Origin: Tubiluchus corallicola
Lineage: Eukaryota; Animalia; Priapulida
DNA length: 61,436 nt
Assembly (NCBI GenBank): GCA_030141605.1
Contig: JAQGDQ010001119.1
Coordinates: 1 to 61,436 of the forward strand
Direction: 5' to 3'
Shown: positions 23,079-34,494 of the stretch, in pieces
Layout: every line of letters begins with the position of its first letter
Numbering within the stretch: the first letter of the stretch is position 1
Notes under the pieces: model-generated
Database searches by the model: none
The model's input: only the letters and a program-made list of their open reading frames with translations
Told to the model about the DNA's origin: nothing
Program-made: the position numbers and the translations under genes

Positions 23079-24461
23079 TCACGTAAATTTCTTGTAAGCA
23101 AGCTCACTAATAAATGTAAACAATGCTACACCGATTCCAGATACCAACCCCCAAAAAACTACGTCAAGTTGCTCCACATTAATTGATAACGTGCCTACAT
23201 GCTGAACAGGTGAGTCTAAACATTTTTCCGATGGTTGCAGTAATTGTTGTAGCAGTTCATCCACAAGACCGTGCTCTTTTAATGTAACAAGAGCAAAATT
23301 TAGGACATCAGTGTAGTTACTTTTCTTTGGTACAACTAATGATGATGGTGACGAAAATTTCAACAACGGGGAAACAGAAAATCTGCATTTTTCATGTAAT
23401 TCATAATCCTTAATTAAGGAGAGCTTTGCATAAGTCTCTTCCGCGAAGAAGGTGTATTTTCCAGTAGCTGTCAGCTCTAATGCCACTGCTTCATTGTTAG
23501 CAGGTACATTAGCATCCGCTTTCATTCTCTGCCACAAATGTCTAAATTCCGGTCTGTTTTTCATTTGCATGGTGGCGGCCAACTCACCTAGTGTAACAGG
23601 AACTATGTCGCTGTCTTTCAACTCTTGCAATGTAGTGAATGGATAAACTTGCTTACTTACAAATAATTTACTAACCAGTGTGCCCGTGTACATGGCTGTG
23701 ATGATGCAAGCAAAAATCCACCACCATCCGATAAGCATCCTAGCGGATAAACATTGTGGTAAATATGTTCCACCTTGTTGGAGGTACGACGATAGTGTGA
23801 ACCGAGTAAAGTACGCCTTACGTTCATTCTTTATCACTGGTTTTTCCAGTTTTCTTTGGCAGTTGTTGCATTTCGTAATCCCTTCCTCGTTGTACGGCAG
23901 GTTTTTGCTGTAGTCAATATGGTAAAGTATTGTACCCACAACTATGCCATATAATACCAGAAGCAGCCACACGAGTGTGGTGAATGGGTCTATTATATTG
24001 AAACCTTGTAACTGATGTCTTTTTGTGATAAATACCTGAGAATTATAAGCAAGTGGGTGAAGAAACGTCATGCTTTTTGCTCTTTCTGGTAACATTATGA
24101 CTAAGCCCAATAACAAGTCGAATTCTCCTGTATCAATTATATTTTCCGGAGTTTCCAAATGTTTGATGTATGTCACCTTGTACGTGAAGTTTGCTGCTTG
24201 GCTAAGCATCGTGAGCAGCTGATCTAGATATGGCTTCGTAGCATCATCTCTCCATGCTCCCACTCGAAGCATCTCTCCGTGGAGTGAATAACCCTGTGTT
24301 CTGGAGTTTTTATTATAAAACGCATCTAAATTGTACTGGTTATACAAACTGTTGCAATTTTCAGTCCCTGTTTTAGTTTTACACAACGTTCCTTTGATGC
24401 AAAAACATTCAAGGAAATAAAAAACAATGGCACACGTTTTGAGAAATGATGCAAACGACAT
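23079..24461 (-). CDS. Intronless IR, paralog C, left-arm copy
   Basis: 460-aa ORF. Differs from 36994..38376 at two residues (TLGE vs TLGQ, FRH vs FRQ). Confidence 0.92.
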   Translation of the reverse strand: MSFASFLKTCAIVFYFLECFCIKGTLCKTKTGTENCNSLYNQYNLDAFYNKNSRTQGYSLHGEMLRVGAWRDDATKPYLDQLLTMLSQAANFTYKVTYIKHLETPENIIDTGEFDLLLGLVIMLPERAKSMTFLHPLAYNSQVFITKRHQLQGFNIIDPFTTLVWLLLVLYGIVVGTILYHIDYSKNLPYNEEGITKCNNCQRKLEKPVIKNERKAYFTRFTLSSYLQQGGTYLPQCLSARMLIGWWWIFACIITAMYTGTLVSKLFVSKQVYPFTTLQELKDSDIVPVTLGELAATMQMKNRPEFRHLWQRMKADANVPANNEAVALELTATGKYTFFAEETYAKLSLIKDYELHEKCRFSVSPLLKFSSPSSLVVPKKSNYTDVLNFALVTLKEHGLVDELLQQLLQPSEKCLDSPVQHVGTLSINVEQLDVVFWGLVSGIGVALFTFISELAYKKFT

Positions 24462-25054
24462 TTTTTGCTTTGGAGAATCGAACTATTAACCTTAGCTGAT
24501 TCACGTTATACAGTCATCATATGACTATGCAGCGAAGATGAAAATGTTTTCAGCTGACCACTTTTATACTACAATGCCGATATGTTATGATGGTCGATTA
24601 CTTTGTAAATATATTTGCATTTTTCATAAATGTCTGTACGCTAATTGACAGGGTACCAGTCTGCGTGTTTTTTTGTCTGTCAAACTGTATAGTGTTCAAT
24701 TAGGCTTCTCCTGTTGCTTGCTGTGTTAACATTACCACCTAGCTAATGTTACCTCAACACCTAAACTAATAACATATTGAAAAGCAGATTTCTGCAGAAC
24801 ATACACTTTCGAAAACGTTATTGGCTATGTATTTGTTTGCTAGGTGTCAAAAGATTGGGCTTTTGTATGTGGCACTGGCGTTAGCTGATGCGGAAACCAC
24901 ACAAGGGCAAATATAAAACACTTAACACTATCCGCGAGGAGCAAACTGCAAATTAGATTAGAAAGAACAAAAAGGCAACAGTATAGAAAGAAGTAGAATA
25001 AAATAGAATAGATCGAAATGCAATAAGAGAGGAAATGGGAGGGGAAGAGAAGAG

Positions 25055-25550
25055 TTGAATCAGATTTTGTATCATTTACGTAATTATCGTCTGCTTCAAT
25101 TAATAAACGAAGCCACTCACATTTCACCAGAGTCAAAATCATGTTTAGTTCTTATCATTACAAATACTCAAAACTGGTTTATTGGGATGTTTGTACAGAC
25201 AGTGACTGCTGATGCATGCAGACACTGTCCTATATTGAGCCATATGAAATTTATATATATATTAAGTAAAAAGGTACGTGAGAAAAGTTTTGAAGTATGA
25301 AAATGTTGATACTTTATATTTTTCAAATCAATTATCAAATGTCATCTGGATGCTTTAATAACTCTCAATGTAAACCAAACATGCAAGTTAATTATTGATG
25401 CATTTACAAACTGTGTTGTGGATCTATCCCAAATCAAACAAAACGGAAATGATCCTTGTATGAATCCCAACATAAGAATACAAAAGCATCGTCACAACAG
25501 GTTATATAATAAATCTAAGGAAAAGTCCTAACACTCCACATTGGGATCAA
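25055..25550 (+). mobile_element. LINE endonuclease-region remnant (boundaries approximate)
   Basis: LLQLINEATHISPESKSCLVLIITN...CRHCPI. Confidence 0.7.
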
Positions 25551-26960
25551 AGTTGTAAGAAATGTCAGGTCAGGATGTGGATTTAACAGACACAGGATCA
25601 TCTTTTTGCGGATTTTCAAAATTTTGAATTTTAATTTTTACGATTTTTTAAAATTTTCGCTAACACGGGGCCCTATAGGAGAAAAAGTTTCAAACAACTT
25701 CTCCTTTGAAATTGCCAAGTGGATTTACATTAAACAAATCATGGATCATCCTAAGAACAGAATAAAACAGAAATTCATTTTTTTACATTGATGTGGATCA
25801 GAACTGCATATAATACAATATTTCCACGGTGGTTCATCCATGATTAGCACTTTAAATAGATAATTTCAAATAAGTGAAATTAAACAAATGAAAATTACAC
25901 TTTAGTAGCACATATTAAATTAAATGAACATTTTAATTAAAACCCCAAGCATCAACAATTAGGAATTTTAAATTGTTATTGTTAATAAGTTTCATAAAAT
26001 AAGTCTAATAAGAGTCATAAAGTTAAAATTCATAAAATTCATGAAGTATAATTGAAAAATGAAAAATTTAAAGCTTAAAAATCAGTTAAAAATTATTTAC
26101 TAAATATAGCACAACTAGATTAGGGGTAAAACACCATTTTAGACTAAAATACTAAGAGGTAAAAGTACTGATAAAAGTCATACACAATTAAGAAAAATTA
26201 AATGTTTATAATTATCATTGCTATACAGTAATTAAGAACAAAACTACATGAAGTCAAAATTAAGGTGATTAAAGATTAAAATCAGAATCATAAAATCTAA
26301 AACTTGCTAAGATTTCAAAAACCGATTAAAATATAATTTAATTTAAAATAGTGTTAAGCAATGCTTTCTTTAACTATTTTTCTGATAAACCATATAAAAG
26401 TTGTTAAATGATTCCCAAAATTTTCGAGATTTGCATTTTTTACGATTTTTTCAATTTTTGCCATTTTTCCCCGTAGTTTAGTATTTGGGTCGTCCGTCAT
26501 AGCTGCATTTTATTATAACACAAAATGTATATGACAGAGTTTAAGCCAACCAAATTATTAATATGTTGCCAGTAAGTCATTCATTTGAAAATAGATAAAA
26601 TAGTCAGGCAAGATAATTTCAGTACATTTCGTAAAAACTGTACTGGGAATTTGGTTCAAGTTACGCGATAATCTGAGTTACACGATGTTTATTAAATGGA
26701 AAAGTGAAAGGAAAATCCGGTCCACAAGATCTGTTCGAGATACGCAAGAATTCAAATTATACCAGTTCAAGTTATACATAGTTTACCGCATCAGCTAAAC
26801 AACTGACTTTTACAATGAGATATCTCATCTACTCGCATACTGAACACACTCCAGTCAATTTCATCATTTAGTTTAAATTTAGCATATCCACTCTTAGCTG
26901 ATAAACGATTATCATCTACAAATCCGTCAGCAATGAGGTCAGCACATAAACTATTGATTT

Positions 26961-27585
26961 TCACATAAACTTCTTGTAAGCAAGCTCGCTAATAAATGTA
27001 AACAATGCTACACCGATTCCATATATCAACCCCCAAAAAACTACATTAAGTTGCTCCACATTAATTGATAACGTGCCTACATGCTGAACAGGTGAGTCTA
27101 AACATTTTTCCGAAGGCTGCAGTAATCGTTGTAGCAGTTTGTCCACAAGACCGTGTTCCTTTAATGTAGCAAGAGCAAAATTTAGGACATCAGTGTAGTT
27201 ACTTTTCTTTTGTACAACTAATGCTGATGGTGACAAAAATTTCAACAACGGGGAAACAGAAAATCTGCATTTTCCGTGTAATTCATAATCCTTAATTAAG
27301 AAGAACTTTGCATTAGTCTCTTCTCCGAAGTAGGTGTATTTTCCAGTAGCTGTCAGTTCCAATGCCATCTCTGCACTGTCGGTAGGTACATTAGGATCTA
27401 CTTTCATTCTCTGCCACAGTTGTCTAAATTCCGGTCTGTTTTTCATCTGCATGGTGCCACTGAACTGACCTAGTGTAACAGGAACTATGTCGCTGTCTAT
27501 CAATTCTTGCAATGTAGAGAATGGATAAACTTGCTTGCTTACAAATAATTTACTAACCAGTGTGCCCGTGTACATGGCTGTGATG
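26961..27585 (-). pseudogene. 5'-truncated IR (paralog D) cut by the palindrome junction
   Basis: Translation identical to the last 204 aa of 33112..34494. IR homology stops at 27585, within M3. Confidence 0.9.
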
Positions 27586-27729
27586 TTGTTTGAAACTTGT
27601 TCTCCTACAGGGCCTCGTGTTAGCGAAAATTTTAAAAAATTCGTAAAAATTCAAAATTTTGAAAATCCCAAAAAATATGAATCTGTGTCTATTAATTCCA
27701 CATCCTGACCAGACATCCTTACAACTTTG

Positions 27730-28230
27730 ATCCCAATCTGGAGTGTTAGAAGTTTTCCTTAGATTTATTATACAACCTGCCACAATGATGTTTTTGTGTT
27801 CTTATGTTGGGATTCATCCAAGGATCATTTCCGGGATGAACCATTACTGTTTGATTTGGGATAGATCCACAATACACTTTGTAAATGCATCAATAATTAA
27901 CTTGAATGATTGGTTTACATTGAGAGTTATTAAAGCATCCAAATGAAACTTGATAACTGATTTGGAAAAATATAAAGTATCAACATTTTGATACTTCTAA
28001 ACTTTCCTCACATACCTTTTTCTTAATATACATATAAATTTCATATGGCTCAATATAGGACAGTGTCTGCATGCATCAGCAGTCGCTGTCTGTACAAACG
28101 TCCCAATAAACCAGTTTGGAATATTTGTAATGATAAGATCTAAACATGATTTTGACTCTGGTGAAATGTGAGTTGGTTCGTTTATTAATGGATGCAAACA
28201 TTAATTACGTAAATGATACAAAATCTAGTT
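27730..28230 (-). mobile_element. LINE endonuclease-region remnant (boundaries approximate)
   Basis: ORF 27997..28197 has the same translation as 20640..20840. Confidence 0.7.
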
Positions 28231-28649
28231 CAACTCTTCTCTTCTCCTTCCATTTCCTCTCTTTGCATTTTGATCCATTCTTCATTATTCTACTTCATTT
28301 TATACTGTTGCCTTTTTGTTCTTTCTAATCTAATTTGCAGTTTGCACCTCTCTGATAGTGTTAAGTGTTTTATGTTTGCTCTTGTGTGGTTTCCACATTC
28401 GCTAGCGCCAGTGCTGCATACAAAAGCCAAATCTTTTGATACCTAGCAAACAAATACATAGCCAATAACGTTTTCGAAAGTGCATGTTCTGCAGCATTCT
28501 GCTTTTCAATATGCTGTTAGTTTAGGTGTTGAGGTAACATCAACTTCAGCAGGCAACAGAAGAAGCCTAATTGAACACCATACAGTTTGACAGAAAAACA
28601 AACACGCAGAATGGGCTCCTGTCAATTAGCGTACAGACAATTACGATTA

Positions 28650-28705
28650 ATGCAAATATATTTACAAAGTAATCGACCACAACACATTGGCATTGTAGTA
28701 TAAAA
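28650..28705 (+). promoter_or_regulatory. Putative IR core promoter: octamer ATGCAAAT plus TATAAAA
   Basis: ATGCAAAT at 28650-28657 and TATAAAA at 28699-28705, ~110 bp before the ATG. Same layout in paralogs A, B and C. Confidence 0.5.
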
Positions 28706-28809
28706 GCGGTTAGCTGAAAACATTTTCATCGTCATCCTCCTTGGATAGGCATATTATGACTGCATAATGTGAATCAGCTAAAGTTTATTATTCAAACTTA
28801 CAAGCAAAA

Positions 28810-30192
28810 ATGTCGTTTGCATCATTTCTCAAAACTTGTGCCGTCACTTTTTATTTCCTTGAATGTTTTTGGACTGCAGGAATGTCGTGTAAAACTAAAA
28901 TCAGAACTGAAAATTGCAACAGCTTGTATAACCAGTACAATTTAAATGCGTTTTATGGTAAAAACTACAAAACACAGGGTTATTCACTCCACGGAGAGAT
29001 GCTTCGAGTGGGAGCATGGAGAGATGATCCTACGAAGCCATATCTAGATCAGCTGCTCACGATGCTCAGCCAAGCAGCAAACTTCACGTACAAGGTGACA
29101 TACATCAAACATTTGGAAACTCCAGAAAATATAATTGACACAGGAGAATTCGACTTGTTATTGGGATTAGTCATAATGTTACCAGAAAGAGCAAAAAGTA
29201 TGACGTTTCTTCACCCACTTGCTTATAATTCCCAGGTATTTATCACAAAAAGACATCAATTACAAGGTTTTAGTATAATAGACCCATTCGCCACACTCGT
29301 GTGGCTGCTTCTGGTATTATATGGCATAGTAGTGGGTACAATACTTTACTATATTGACTACAGCAAAAACCTGCCGTACAACGAGGAAGGGATTATAAAA
29401 TGCAGCAACTGCCAAAGAAAACTGGAAAAACCTGTGATAAAGAATGAAAGTAAGGTGTACTTTACTCGGTTGACACTATCGTCATACCTCCAACAAGGTG
29501 GAACATATTTACCACAATGTTTATCCGCTAGGATGCTCATCGGATGGTGGTGGATTTTTGCTTGCATCATCACAGCCATGTACACAGGCACACTGGTTAG
29601 TAAATTATTTGTAAGCAAGCAAGTTTATCCATTCACTATATTGCAAGAGTTGAAAGACAGCGACATAGTTCCTGTTACACTAGGTCAGTTGGCTGCCACC
29701 ATGCAAATGAAAAACAGACCGGAATTTAGACAACTGTGGCAGAGAATGAAAGCGGATGCCAATGTACCTGCCGACAATGAAGAAGCGGCATTAGAGCTGA
29801 CAGCTACTGGAAAATACACCTTCTTCGCAGAAGAGACTTATGCAAAGTTCTTCTTAATTAAGGATTATGAATTATATGAAAAATGCAGATTTTCCGTTTC
29901 CCCGTTGTTGAAATTTTCGTCACCATCATCATTAGTTGTACCAAAGAAAAGTAACTACACTGATGTCCTAAATTTTGCTCTTGCTACATTAAAAGAACAC
30001 GGTTTTGTGGATGAGCTGCTACAACAATTACTGCAGCCTTCGGAAAAATGTTTAGACTCACCTGTTCAGCATGTAGGCACGTTATCAATTAATGTGGAGC
30101 AACTTGACGTAGTTTTTTGTGGGTTGGTATCTGGAATCGGTGTAGCATTGTTTACATTTATTAGCGAGCTTGCTTACAAGAAGTTTATGTGA
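28810..30192 (+). CDS. Intronless IR, paralog E (single copy, in spacer)
   Basis: 460-aa ORF with the same architecture. Confidence 0.92.
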   Translation: MSFASFLKTCAVTFYFLECFWTAGMSCKTKIRTENCNSLYNQYNLNAFYGKNYKTQGYSLHGEMLRVGAWRDDPTKPYLDQLLTMLSQAANFTYKVTYIKHLETPENIIDTGEFDLLLGLVIMLPERAKSMTFLHPLAYNSQVFITKRHQLQGFSIIDPFATLVWLLLVLYGIVVGTILYYIDYSKNLPYNEEGIIKCSNCQRKLEKPVIKNESKVYFTRLTLSSYLQQGGTYLPQCLSARMLIGWWWIFACIITAMYTGTLVSKLFVSKQVYPFTILQELKDSDIVPVTLGQLAATMQMKNRPEFRQLWQRMKADANVPADNEEAALELTATGKYTFFAEETYAKFFLIKDYELYEKCRFSVSPLLKFSSPSSLVVPKKSNYTDVLNFALATLKEHGFVDELLQQLLQPSEKCLDSPVQHVGTLSINVEQLDVVFCGLVSGIGVALFTFISELAYKKFM

Positions 30193-32489
30193 AAAGCAAC
30201 AGATATTGTACTAACCCTTCAATCTCCAATCATTTACCCTTTTCAAGGTCATCAATAACTGCTGCTTGTTGGCTGATCTCAAACAGCTTTCTTATCTAAT
30301 GATGGTAAATGCAGCTAAAAATGAAGTGTGCCATGCAGTTCAGCATTGTGATAATGCATAAATTGTCACAGATTTGGCGCATTTAATCCACAATTTCAGG
30401 CTGTTTCCTTCAAATAACCTTGTGTATTGTAAAATGTTTCTTCGGCCGTGAAAAACATCTGGAAAATTCAACTAGACAAACTTTATCTTTCAAAACACCT
30501 ACTTTCACACTTTTATATTCCTTTATGAGCATAAAGTTTTCCCATTACATGGTCGAACAACATAGGTGTAACATGTTCTTGTAATAGTTTCCTAAAGGTG
30601 GCAGCACTTTATAACAAGTGCTTTACGTAATAGGTATATCAAAATGTTACATTGTGTACTAAATGTGGGATAAGTCATAATACGTCATAAATTATTTATT
30701 TTACATAACACCTTTACAACAACTTTGTCTAGCAAAATACGATATTGTGTTCTGCAGCAAACAAGACCAGGCCATACTCTGCTATTGTATTCTTTTACTT
30801 GTTCAATGATGAATATCAACAATTTAACATGATCTTCAAACCAGTATGACATCGCCATGAAAGTCAGTAAGCCAACAGAGAACTTAGTTTCTCAGCCTAG
30901 CAAGAGTGCAGCTTGTTGTCTGTTAACTTATTAAAGGTTGCACAACAACTTCACACTCGCACATTAAATCTGTGCATCTAGGCAATGTATCTAACTCCAG
31001 GGTCATACAGAATGTACTTCCTCAGCCTAGTGAGTTGTGTCTACCAAGAGTACTTTTCTTACTTGCTCAGGCTTATTTGAAATATAGTTCCTTAGCCTGT
31101 ATTGAGCTGTACTAACTAGTACTTTCCAGGTATTTATCAAGCTGCTCATTAGAGCAAGAACATATTCGTCATCTGCGGTTACTACTGACCTAATTGCTGA
31201 TGGATTTGTACGTGATAATTAGCTGTCAGCTAAGAGTGGATAAGCTAAATGGAAAGTAAATGATGAAATTGATTGGAGTATGGTCCATATGGCAGTTTCC
31301 CTTTAATAAACATCATGTAACTCAAAATCTGTAACTCAAACTATCGCATAACTTGAACCAAATTCCAGGTACAGTTTTGAAGAATCAGATTGAAATGACC
31401 TCGCCTGTCGGGAACAGCCTCCCAAGCAAGAAGTTCTATGTGAAAATGTTCACCACATTACGATTTTAACTGCTAGTTTCAGCAAAAATGCTAAATTGCT
31501 TGTGTTACCTTAGTAGAATGCTGCACACGACATGGATTAACGCACATGGTATAACGTAGATCACAATATTATTATTGCCGAATTCTATTAACCATGCTAC
31601 TCAGATCACAATACCTGACGTAGACTTGGTGAGATTCTGCCATATACATTTTGTATTATAATAAATTGCAGCTATGACGGATGACCCAAATAATAAACTA
31701 AAGAAAGTATTGCTTAATACTATTTTAAATTAAATTATATTTTAATCTGCATTATGATTTTAATCTTTAATCACATTAATTTTGACCTTATGTAGTTTTG
31801 TTCTTAATTACTGTTTAGCAATGATAATTTTAAACATTTAATTTTTCTTAATTGTGTATGACATTTATCAGTACTTTTACTTTTACTTCTTAGTACTTTT
31901 AGTCTAAAATGTTGTTTTACCCCTAATCTAATTCTGTTACATTTATTAAATAATTTTTAACGGTTTTTTAATCTTTAAATTTTTCATTTTTCAATTATAC
32001 TTTATAAATTTTTTGAATTTTAACTTTATAACTCTTATTAGACTTATTTTCTGAAACTTGTTAACAATTTAAAATTCCTAATTCTTGATGCTTAAGGTTG
32101 TAATTAAAATGTTCATTTAATTTAATGTATGCTATTAATGTGTAATTTTTATTTGTTTAATTTCACTTATTTGAAATTATCTATTTAAAGTGCTAATCAT
32201 GCATGAACCATCGTGAAAATATTGCATTATATTCAGCTCTGATTCACATCCATGTAAAAAATAAATTTCTGTTTTATTCTGTTCTTAGGGTGATCCATGA
32301 TTTGTTTAGAGTGAATCCACTTGGCGATTTCAAAGGAGATGTTGTTTGAAACCTTTCTCCTATAGGGCCCCGTAATAGCGAAAATTTAAAAAAATGCATA
32401 AAATTTAAGGAATTAAAATTTTGAAAATCCACAAAAACATGATTTTGTGTCTGTTAATTCCAAGTCCTGACCTGACATTTCTTACAGCT

Positions 32490-32750
32490 TTAATCCCAAT
32501 GTGGAGTGTTAGGAGTTTTCCTTAGATTTATTATATAACCTGTCGCTATGATGCTTTTGTGTTCTTATGTTGGGATTCATCCAAGGATCGTTTCCGGGAC
32601 GAACCATTACTGTTTGATTTGGGATAGATCCACAACACAGTTTGTAAATGCACCAATAATTAACTTGCATGTTTGGTTTACATTGAGAGTTATTAAAGCA
32701 TCCAGATGACACTTGATAATTGATTAGGAAAAATATAAAGTATCAACATT
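32490..32750 (-). mobile_element. Shortened LINE remnant upstream of paralog D (boundaries approximate)
   Basis: IPNQTVMVRPGNDPWMNPNIRTQKHHSDRLYNKSK is the post-endonuclease PW motif region. The endonuclease part is deleted in this unit. Confidence 0.6.
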
Positions 32751-33111
32751 ATATCAACACATCTGCTAGCTCCAGTGCGCATACAAAAGCCAGGTATTTT
32801 AATACATAGCAAACAAATGCATAGCCAATAACGTTTACGAAGATGTATGTTTTGCAGAATTCTGCTTTTCAATATGTTATTAGGTTAGGTGTTGAGGTAA
32901 CATTAGCTAGGTGATAATATTAACACAGTTGGCAACAAGAGAAGCCTTATTAAACAACAGTATTAAATATATTTACAAAGTACTCGACCATAACATTGGC
33001 ATTGTAGTATAAGTGGTCAGCTGAACACATTTTCATCTTTGCTGCATAGCCATATTATGACTGTATAATGTGAATCAGCTAAAGTTTATGATTCAAACCT
33101 ACAAAGCAAAA

Positions 33112-34494
33112 ATGTCGTTTGCATCATTTCTCAAAACTTGTGCCATTGTTTTTTATTTCCTTGAATGTTTTTGCATCAAAGGAACGTTGTGTAAAACTAA
33201 AACAAGGACTGAAAATTGTAACAGTTTGTATAACCAGTACAATTTAGAAGTGCTTTATGGTAAAAACTTCAGAACACAGGGTTATTTACTCCACGGAGAG
33301 ATGCTTCGAGTGGGAGCATGGAGAGAAGATGCTACGAAGCCATATCTAGACCAACTGATTACGATGCTCAGCCAAGCAGCAAACTTCACGTACAAGGTGA
33401 CATACATTAAACGTTCAGGAACTCTAAAAAATGTAATTGATACAGGAGAATTCGACTTGTTTTTGGGATTAGTCACAATGTTACCAGAAAGAGCAAAAAG
33501 CATGACGTTTCTTCACCCACTTGTTTATAGTTCTCATGTATTTATCACAAAAAGACATCAATTACAAGGTTTCAATATAATAGACCCATTCACCACACTC
33601 GTGTGGCTGCTTCTGGTATTATATGGCATAGTAGTGGGTACAATACTTTACTATATTGACTACAGCAAAAACCTGCCGTACAACGAGGAAGAGATTATAA
33701 AATGCAGCAACTGCCAAAGAAAACTGGAAAAACCAGTGATAAAGAATGAAAGTAAGGCGTACTTTACTCGGTTCACACTATCGTCATACCTCCAACAAGG
33801 TGGAACATATTTACCACAATGTTTATCCGCTAGGATGCTTATCGGATGGTGGTGGATTTTTGCTTGCATCATCACAGCCATGTACACGGGCACACTGGTT
33901 AGTAAATTATTTGTAAGCAAGCAAGTTTATCCATTCTCTACATTGCAAGAATTGATAGACAGCGACATAGTTCCTGTTACACTAGGTCAGTTCAGTGGCA
34001 CCATGCAGATGAAAAACAGACCGGAATTTAGACAACTGTGGCAGAGAATGAAAGTAGATCCTAATGTACCTACCGACAGTGCAGAGATGGCATTGGAACT
34101 GACAGCTACTGGAAAATACACCTACTTCGGAGAAGAGACTAATGCAAAGTTCTTCTTAATTAAGGATTATGAATTACACGGAAAATGCAGATTTTCTGTT
34201 TCCCCGTTGTTGAAATTTTTGTCACCATCAGCATTAGTTGTACAAAAGAAAAGTAACTACACTGATGTCCTAAATTTTGCTCTTGCTACATTAAAGGAAC
34301 ACGGTCTTGTGGACAAACTGCTACAACGATTACTGCAGCCTTCGGAAAAATGTTTAGACTCACCTGTTCAGCATGTAGGCACGTTATCAATTAATGTGGA
34401 GCAACTTAATGTAGTTTTTTGGGGGTTGATATATGGAATCGGTGTAGCATTGTTTACATTTATTAGCGAGCTTGCTTACAAGAAGTTTATGTGA
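33112..34494 (+). CDS. Intronless IR, paralog D (spans the spacer/right-arm boundary)
   Basis: ATG at 33112 by homology to paralogs. 460 aa. Confidence 0.9.
   Translation: MSFASFLKTCAIVFYFLECFCIKGTLCKTKTRTENCNSLYNQYNLEVLYGKNFRTQGYLLHGEMLRVGAWREDATKPYLDQLITMLSQAANFTYKVTYIKRSGTLKNVIDTGEFDLFLGLVTMLPERAKSMTFLHPLVYSSHVFITKRHQLQGFNIIDPFTTLVWLLLVLYGIVVGTILYYIDYSKNLPYNEEEIIKCSNCQRKLEKPVIKNESKAYFTRFTLSSYLQQGGTYLPQCLSARMLIGWWWIFACIITAMYTGTLVSKLFVSKQVYPFSTLQELIDSDIVPVTLGQFSGTMQMKNRPEFRQLWQRMKVDPNVPTDSAEMALELTATGKYTYFGEETNAKFFLIKDYELHGKCRFSVSPLLKFLSPSALVVQKKSNYTDVLNFALATLKEHGLVDKLLQRLLQPSEKCLDSPVQHVGTLSINVEQLNVVFWGLIYGIGVALFTFISELAYKKFM

Larger units (their letters stand above)
1..27585 (+). repeat. Left arm of giant inverted repeat (palindrome)
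   Basis: Window starts agacgtattgtcaatgatgc and ends with its reverse complement. ORFs pair with near-constant coordinate sums: 2020+59417=61437, 13845+47598=61443, 18645+42781=61426, 23079+38376=61455, 26961+34494=61455. Confidence 0.98.
27586..33869. other. Palindrome spacer (~6.3 kb): one full IR unit plus the 5' part of the next
   Basis: No in-register mirror partner. Collinear and co-oriented with the right-arm IR array. Confidence 0.93.
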
